A stretch of 64,000 nt of DNA. Source: Chiloscyllium plagiosum. Taxonomy: Eukaryota. The DNA is taken from the NCBI RefSeq assembly GCF_004010195.1, contig NC_057728.1, forward strand, positions 52,282,401-52,346,400, read 5' to 3'. The position numbers and the translations under genes are program-made. Under the pieces are notes generated by a model, which saw nothing but the letters and a program-made list of their open reading frames with translations, did not search any database and had not been told where the DNA came from. This document shows positions 56,734 to 64,000 of the stretch, one piece after another (position 1 is the stretch's first letter; the number at the start of each line of letters is the position of its first letter).

Positions 56734-59700
56734 CTAGAAACCAAAAGATTAATTAAATTACCCTGTAAATAACATTTAAAATTGTTTTGGAACTTGTAAC
56801 AAAACCTTAGAGTGGGAATAGATTCTGATTTTCTTTCCTAGCCATTCTGAAGAGTTTTTGGTGATATTTTGTTAATTTCTAAGAGTTCAGCGAGAATAGC
56901 TCAATTAATAAAAAATAATGCATTTCCAGTGGATACAGTCAGTTTTCTGCTAACAAGTCCTTTATACATTCAGTTGCCTATGCTCATCAATTAGAAACTG
57001 CCTCACCATCCAGCAGAGTTACTGGATGAGTAATTTTGAGGCAAAGACTAATGAGCTGGAGCCACTAGGCTGAATCCTGGTACTGCAGCTAGAGAATTTC
57101 AATCCAGAATTAAAAAGCTACCATTGAGGTCAGATTCACCCAGTGAATGCCACAGACAGGGTTTACACCAAACCAATCAATGTTTTCAAGTAGATAGATG
57201 TAGTTCATAGGGCTAAAGGGATCAAAGGAGGAACTGTGTACTGGGTTGGAGATCACATGGTTATAATGAACGTTGGAGCCAAATGGCCTAATCCTGTTTC
57301 TGTTAGTAGCAAAAGGTAGGACTGAAAGTTGAGTTATAAATCCCAATGAGAACCAAAATGAACAGTTTTAACCTCTGATTGTTGAAGTTCGTGTACAAAT
57401 ACACAGCATGCCTGTAACCATGATAAATGATGCAGAACAGCAGGAGGCCATTTAGCTCATCAGGTCAGTTAGTTCTTTCAGACAGTCAACCAGTTGGATC
57501 CTCTTCTCTTTTCTCACAGCTTGAAGTTACTTCCAACGTCCTGACAAAGCCCATTCCAGATCACAACTTGCTACTGTGGTCTGACACCAGTTTGCTTTAT
57601 AAATTCCAATCATGACTCTTACACAGTGTAAAATGCTGCTAACAGTTTAGTGATCTAGGCAAGACAGCTTACCTGCAGTTGCTGTTTCTCTAGGTCTGAT
57701 GCCTTGAGTTGAGTTTGCAATTCCAATAGTTCTCCTGTCAGCTTGTCCTCTTTACTGCCTAATCCATCGTCGCAAACTGTAACAGGTTATATACAGCAAA
57801 AAGTTATTGAAAATTAAGTATTTTGTCAGACAAGGCATCTTGGAAATGGAGTCAGTTTCAGCTGACCAATCATTAGGCTTTTCAGTCAAGATGTGGATTA
57901 GATTGTTTAGCTTAACTCCTGTAAATGAGTAATCTAAACTTTCCTCAGCTCAACAAAGCTCAGAGATTTCAGTGTTTCTCTAATTCTAGCTTCTTGAGTA
58001 CCTGAGATTTTACTGACGGTCATTGGCAACCTTGCCTTCAGTTGCCTGGGTTCTAAGCTCTGGCGTTCCCTCCTTAAACCTATTATTACATCAAAGATGC
58101 TATAGAATTGTACACTTTTAGTCCTCCTAGAATGTTAGCAGGTGTATCCATGAGTGGCGATCGGAGCTGAAAACAGATTGCGGAAACACTCCCTTCTCCC
58201 AACAACTACCAAGGCTTTAAATGCTCTGCTTTAATTAGGTGGAGTCTGGAGCTTTGTTTCTGTCCTTACACCCCCCACTAAACATGGGACTTAAAGTTAC
58301 AGGCAAAGTCACAAATTTGGACTTATTCTTTTGGATAACTAGGCTGACAGCCAGTTTGTGGGGAGTTCTTGCACTGAAAAGGAGAATGGGGATTAAAAGA
58401 ATCAACTATTAACATATTGTAAAGAAGGAAGGAAAATCCCTCCAGTTTCCTTCCAGGCTAAAGGAATCTAGGAATCTCATCTTCATGATAAGTTTCCAAC
58501 AGCACCCAGTAATGGGTGGATTCAATGAGAAAGCTCACCTGTATTATGGAGGCCCAGGTAACAGTGACAGTAAGGGAGATGTGGCCTTCCCCAGCCCACT
58601 CTCGTTAACTTGAATTCCCCTGTATCCTCTCTGCAGGAGACTACTGCCCTCTCATGCCTGGGGCAAGTAGATTTTCTTTGGTTGTGCCATATTCTGAAGT
58701 ACATTCAAGTAAACCATCTTGCATGTGCTAAATAGATGCCTGGTTAATTGAAGATATGGAAAACTTCATTCTGATAATATACGTGTTCAGTAGTGATATG
58801 GAACTTGAGAATTGTAAGAGTTACCATTTCTACTGGTGCCACTGCTGCCTTCTGCCGTTTCACCTGTTTGCTTCCTGCACATCTTGAGATGGTGGAGAAG
58901 TTCAGCTTTTTCCTTTTCTAATCGGTCATTTGTCAGTCTTTTCAGTTGAATGAAATAAAAGATAATTAGAATTTACAGATACACATCTTTTAAGTTCTCA
59001 AAAATCACCACAAATGCGATTTATCACATACTCAAGTTCTGTTCATTACGATGTGGCTGTTACGGATGGAACTAACCTTAATGCCAGTTACTAAATCGAC
59101 AAGTAGATATAACTCCATTCAGGTTTAACTTGATAAGTTTAACTACAATTATCTGCATTTGTCAGTTCACAGCAATAACCCTGAAAGGACCAGGCCAGCC
59201 ATGAGCAATGCCAAAGGTGATCAAGTAGTTTGTAGAAGGATGGGCAGCTGGATATAGGAATCCAGTTTAGTACCAAGTACAGTTTGTGTGTTACATTAAG
59301 ATCATGGCCACTTCCCAAGTTCAAGTGTCCACATAACAGAAGTTCATACCTTAGTAACTGAAGTTCTCTGGTCAGGCCTGGCTCTGTTTTAGCTTCTTCA
59401 GGGAAATGCTTAAGAACTTCAATCTGCAGCAGAGAAACAAAGTGGTCCCGTCCATGACTTTTACATGTCTTATGATTACAATTAATGCAAACTAAGGGAA
59501 CAGGTAGTTGGTAATTTATTGATATACTTTATACAGTAGTTTAAAACTTGAATTCATTTCTGAAACATGAATAACTGGCTGATGAGAACAGGAATCCAAA
59601 CCCTGCTCAGTGTTCCAGAGAACATTCAAATCCTCATTACCAACTTAGGCAATCCATGCTCTCTGTATTCAATTAATTTTCTAGATAGTCCATTCCCCAA

Positions 59701-62700
59701 GGCATGAAATGTTTAAAAATTTCCATTAAGAATATTATTACACAGAAAACTTTCAACAGGTAACGTTGCAGAGCTTAATTATGTCTCTCCGTCTCCTCTC
59801 CACTGTTGAAACAATTTGTTCTTTTTCTCAGAATTGTCAGCCATACCTCAGTGTCAGCAGGTTGCTCAATTAGAGAAGCAGCAAAGAAATGACTGTGGGG
59901 AGGGAGAAAACCAGAGATGGTTGGAGTAGTGGAACTTCTCTTCAGTAGTCTTTAGTTGCAACTCAGTAAAATAGATATTAACCATTCACTAGCTCACTTC
60001 TCCGGGCAAAGCCCAAACCAATCAGAGTCAACTTGTCTGCTTTTAAATTTTATAAATTTAACTTGTCAAATCATTATTAACTGGTTCGTACTCCCTGACA
60101 ACACTTGTACCAATCACAGTTCGTTTTCCATGATCAACACACTCATACAGTATAAATGTTGGTTTTCCCTTTAAATTGGTAGATGGAAAATTTCAGTATA
60201 CTTAAAGTTAATTCATCCTTTAATAGTTGTCTGAGGAGCACACTGACATTGGATTTCTTTTTGTTGGAATCCTTTGAAGAGGTAACAACTAGGTTAGACC
60301 AGGGAAACCCAGTGGATGTTATCTATCTAGGTTTCCAAAAGGCCTTTGATAAGGTGCCTCACGGGAGGCTGCTGAGTAAGGTGAGGGCCCACGGTGTTCG
60401 AGGTGAGCTACTGGCATGGATTGAGGATTGGCTGTCTGACAGAAGGCAGAGAGTTGGTATAAAAGGTTCTTTTTTTTTAATGGCAGCTAGTGACATGTGG
60501 TGTCCCGCAGGGTTGAGTGTTGGGGCCACAGCTGTTCACTTTATATATTAATGACCTGGATGAAGGGAGTGGGGCATTCTGGCAAATTTCGCTGATGATA
60601 CAAAGTTAAGCGGACGGGCAGGTAGTACTGAGGGGGTGGGGAGGCTGCAGAAAGATTCAAACAGTTTAGGAGAGTGGTCCAGGAAATGGCTGATGAAATT
60701 CAACGGCAAAGACTATTTTCTAAACAATGAGAAAATTCACAAAGCTGAAATGTAAAGGGATCTGTGCGTGCTGGTCAAGGATTCTCTAAAGTTTGACTTG
60801 CATGATTAAGAAAGAAATATAATAATGCTGTCACTTATCTCAAGAGGGTTGGAATGTAAAAGCAGCAATGTGCTACTGAGACTTTATAAATCCCTAGTTA
60901 GGCCCCATTTAGAATACTGCGTCCAGTTTTGGGCCCTGTACCTCAGGAAGGACATGCACTGGAGCGTGTTCAGCAGAGGTTCACACGGATGATCCTTGGA
61001 ATGGTAGGCCTAACATATGATGAACGGCTGAGGATCCTGGGATTGTATTCATTCGAGTTTAGAAGATTGAAGGGAGATCGAATAGAAACTTACAAGATAA
61101 TGCATGGCTTGGAAAGGGTGGATGCTGGTAAGTTGTTTCTGTTAAGTGGGGAGACTAGGACCTGTGGGCACAGCCTTGGAATTAGAGGGGGTCAATTTAG
61201 AACGGAAATGAGGAGACATTTCTTCAGCCAGAGAGTGCTGAACCTGTGGAATTCATTGCCACGGAGCGCAGTGGAAGCTGAGACGTTAAATGTCTTCAAG
61301 GCAGAGATTGATAAATTCTTGATCTCGCAAGGAATTAAGGGATATGGGGAGAGTGTGGGTAAGTGGAGTTGAAATGCCCATCAGCCATGATTAAATGGCG
61401 GAGTGGACTTGATGGGCTGAATGGCCTTACTTCCATTCCTATGTCTTATGGTCTTATAGATGTGCATTGAGGAATTTAACATTGGTACATTATGGCAGGG
61501 AATAAGATAAAGACATGAAGTGGAGGAAACTGTAGACTATGAGCAAAGAGCAGGGGTGGGACTAAAGAATCACTTGCAAAAAGCAATCGAAGCTACTTGG
61601 AGCCCAATAGCCTCCTTCTGCCTTCTAAGAGTCTATGCATTCACACATGACCAGAATAATATCACAATTCTTCTCTCACCTGTTCCTCCAGTTCTCCTAT
61701 TTGTTTTGATAACTTTTGCTCATTATCAGTCGATTCTCTCAGCAGCTGTCTAAGGTCGTTGAGGTTTTGGCTCTTTTTTGTAATGTCTGTCTCCATCTCC
61801 TTTATCTTACTCTCATACATTCTTTAAAGCATGAAGGAATTAATTACTCTTTGGTCTTTACAATAATGTAAGAAATTCTCCAATTGCTATTACAATTGAC
61901 AAGGTTGAACTTTAAGCAAGCCATCCTTGTTATCCACTTTACTTTGAAATATTTCATTATTAACTCAATGTGAAAGTATCAAAAGTAAATCTGCTTTTTT
62001 AACAGCAGCTAATTCTTAAGTGTTCAATTTAATCAAGATCAACTCAAAATTCCACCTAAGCTGTAATCAGTACTGGGACAATCATATATCCAGAAACTGG
62101 AAATGGAATAGAACCGGTTATTGCTGGATTCTGCCCAATGTTTCTAGTCCAACCATTTTTCATTAGTAATCAGCTATGGATAAATCTGCTAAATTACCAC
62201 TTGTGAAGGGAATGTATCTGGGGGAGTTTCCAGGTGACTCCAGGAATATTATTCCTTCTCTTTAAGAGGATCCATAGAGGGCAAAGAGAGTGGGCAGGAG
62301 TCTCACTTACAGAGGGGAGCTAACTAACTTGTGCTGCCAAAGAGTCAAGGCTCCCAGTGGAGCTGAAAATCCTCACTGGCCCTTGAACTTCAGTCCAGGA
62401 AGGAACTCATGCCTACTTAACAGAGTGGTTAAGGAAACTTTGTCTCTTGAATAGTTAGGGACTTGCAGGGAACAGAAAACTATCTGCCTACCACAACATG
62501 CTAACAACCATAACCGTGAAATGAGGCTGATGTTTTTAAAAAGAGTTTTAACGGTTATAGGCGTTGTTGTCTAGGCCAGAACTTGATGCTCATCCTTAAT
62601 TACCCTCAAGAAGGTAGGGGTGAGTTGCTTTCTTGAACTGCTGCAGTCCTTAGGATGTAGATACATGGAAGTGCTATGATGATGGTGTTCCAGGACTTAG

Positions 62701-63801
62701 ACCCCAGTACTGTGTGGATACATTACAATGCTACAATTTAGATGGCCAAAGGTTCTATTTCACTTCATTAATTTAGTGGACTAGCCTCTGATCCACTCTG
62801 TTCAGATAAAAATGGTTTTGAGCACCTCTGTCAAATCTCCTCTCAGTCTCTTCTAGTCCAAAGAATTATTCTCATTTCTCTAATCTACCTTCACAACTGA
62901 ATTTCCTCAAACTGGAGACATGATTGTGAATCACATCCAGTCAAACCAGTTTGTTTTTTAAACACAAACTTCCCTTCTTCCCCCATTCATTGCTCCTACT
63001 GTTTTACCTGCTCTAAAATGTTATTAAAAATAACTCTTTATCCCCTTTACTGTCTTATTTCAACAAATTTTAAAATTTTAATTTAAAACAAGTTCTGTTG
63101 TATTTGAGACCTGACCCACAACGAAGATAATTCCTCAATCCAAATCCTTCCTCCCTCCTGCAAACTAAAGAACCGAGCCATTCTGTACACCCTGTCCTCA
63201 TCAAAACTTGCCTAAAATACAAGAATTAAATTGGATTACTACGCAAGATCCATGACTGCCAACAATTTGCTTTTTTTTAACCCCCACACATTTTGCTGAA
63301 TGTTCTTACATTTAAGGGATGTCAGACATGGAAAGATCTATGGACCCGTGCAGCTGTGATATCTTTTGCATTACAACATTATCAATGCTCTACCCTAAGC
63401 GATGTAATCTCCTGGAAGAGGTGAAAAAAACTCAGACCAGATGAAGGGGAAGATATATAACTGTAACATAAATATGCCCAAACTTTCAAGATAATACATT
63501 ATACTGTTATCAAATTCTCAGTAAGGTTTGCATTTAGTCCCAGCATTATGCTATCCACCAAGTGACCATCAGTTTGATGTTAGCCTGCAAGGTTTCTACA
63601 CTTTACATATGGGAGATTAAAGTGATACCTTGTGACTACAATGGACTTCCAACTTTTGCTGTCTGCGCCCTCGAGTTGCGGACCCCTACTCTCAGCAAAA
63701 CTTAATCGTTTATTGGTCTCTTCCAACTGCACGCTTAGCTTCTCGTTCATAATCTCCAGGTTGCTTTTAGCAATTCGCAGTTTTTCAGTACAGTCACCTT
63801 C
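56545..63801 (-). CDS. CEP290: Centrosomal protein 290, 3'-terminal six coding exons (gene continues beyond window end)
   Basis: Minus-strand exons 63801-63629, 61821-61680, 59423-59350, 58937-58825, 57776-57673 and 56733-56545 splice in frame. Peptides FAESRGPQLEGADSKSWKSIVVTRMYE and KKELKNFDPSFFEELEDLKFNY match the CEP290 C-terminus as recalled. Confidence 0.95.
57673..57776 (-). CDS. CEP290: CEP290 penultimate exon (...LQTQLKASDLEKQQLQ)
   Basis: 104 nt, phase 1/0, GTAAG donor. Confidence 0.87.
58825..58937 (-). CDS. CEP290: CEP290 exon (LTNDRLEKEKAELLHHL...GSSGTSRN)
   Basis: 113 nt, phase 2/1. Confidence 0.85.
59350..59423 (-). CDS. CEP290: CEP290 exon (IEVLKHFPEEAKTEPGLTRELQLLR)
   Basis: 74 nt, phase 0/2. 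Confidence 0.9.
60261..61457 (+). mobile_element. 5'-truncated CR1 LINE in a CEP290 intron (same subfamily as 25484-26434)
   Basis: [40 protein letters not shown]; near-identical 3' UTR and tail. Confidence 0.92.
61680..61821 (-). CDS. CEP290: CEP290 exon (MYESKIKEMETDITKK...ELEEQ)
   Basis: 142 nt, phase 2/0. Confidence 0.92.
63629..63801 (-). CDS. CEP290: CEP290 exon (EGDCTEKLRIAKSNLE...KSWKSIVVTR)
   Basis: 173 nt, AG/GT boundaries on the minus strand. Confidence 0.93.
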
Positions 63802-64000
63802 CTGTCACAGAACAAATATTAAAAAAAAACAAAACCCAACTACATCTCTGGTCAGTTGTGGGTCATCAGAAGTGACTTTTAACACTTTCAAGAGAAAAAT
63901 TATGCAGGGCAATCTAAACTAAAAAAAAGTGCAGACAAGTCAAACAGCAACAGTGGAGAGAGAAACTGAGCACACATAGTTCAATTACCTTTCATTTGCT

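Overview
Eukaryotic, repeat-rich genomic DNA. The repeat content (CR1 LINEs, V-SINE/HE1-like and Deu-domain SINEs, Penelope elements) points to a cartilaginous fish, probably a shark (inference). Three spliced genes were reconstructed by eye with GT-AG boundaries and consistent phases. (1) CAPS2/calcyphosin-2, + strand, 13 coding exons from 3116 to the stop at 35783; its 5' exons lie outside the window. (2) A complete RLIG1 (C12orf29) RNA ligase, + strand, 7 exons, 40342-51394, 327 aa, with the KxDG lysine at K57 and a CpG-rich promoter. (3) The last 6 exons of CEP290, - strand, 63801-56545. Most ORFs in the supplied track are LINE fragments or noise. The most notable non-gene signal is a set of Penelope-like element (PLE) insertions with 11-16 bp target-site duplications (TSDs). 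Several are short non-coding fold-back palindromes carrying minimal hammerhead-ribozyme motifs from at least two families; one lies in the probable CAPS2 3' UTR and two lie just upstream of the RLIG1 promoter. Other observations are a diverged partial copy of a CAPS2 exon in its own intron, an L1 lacking its endonuclease and carrying a 227-bp tandem duplication, and a CAPS2-RLIG1 adjacency that differs from the human gene order. There are two assembly gaps, 5845-6274 and 25820-26137. Comparisons to human proteins are from memory, not database searches.
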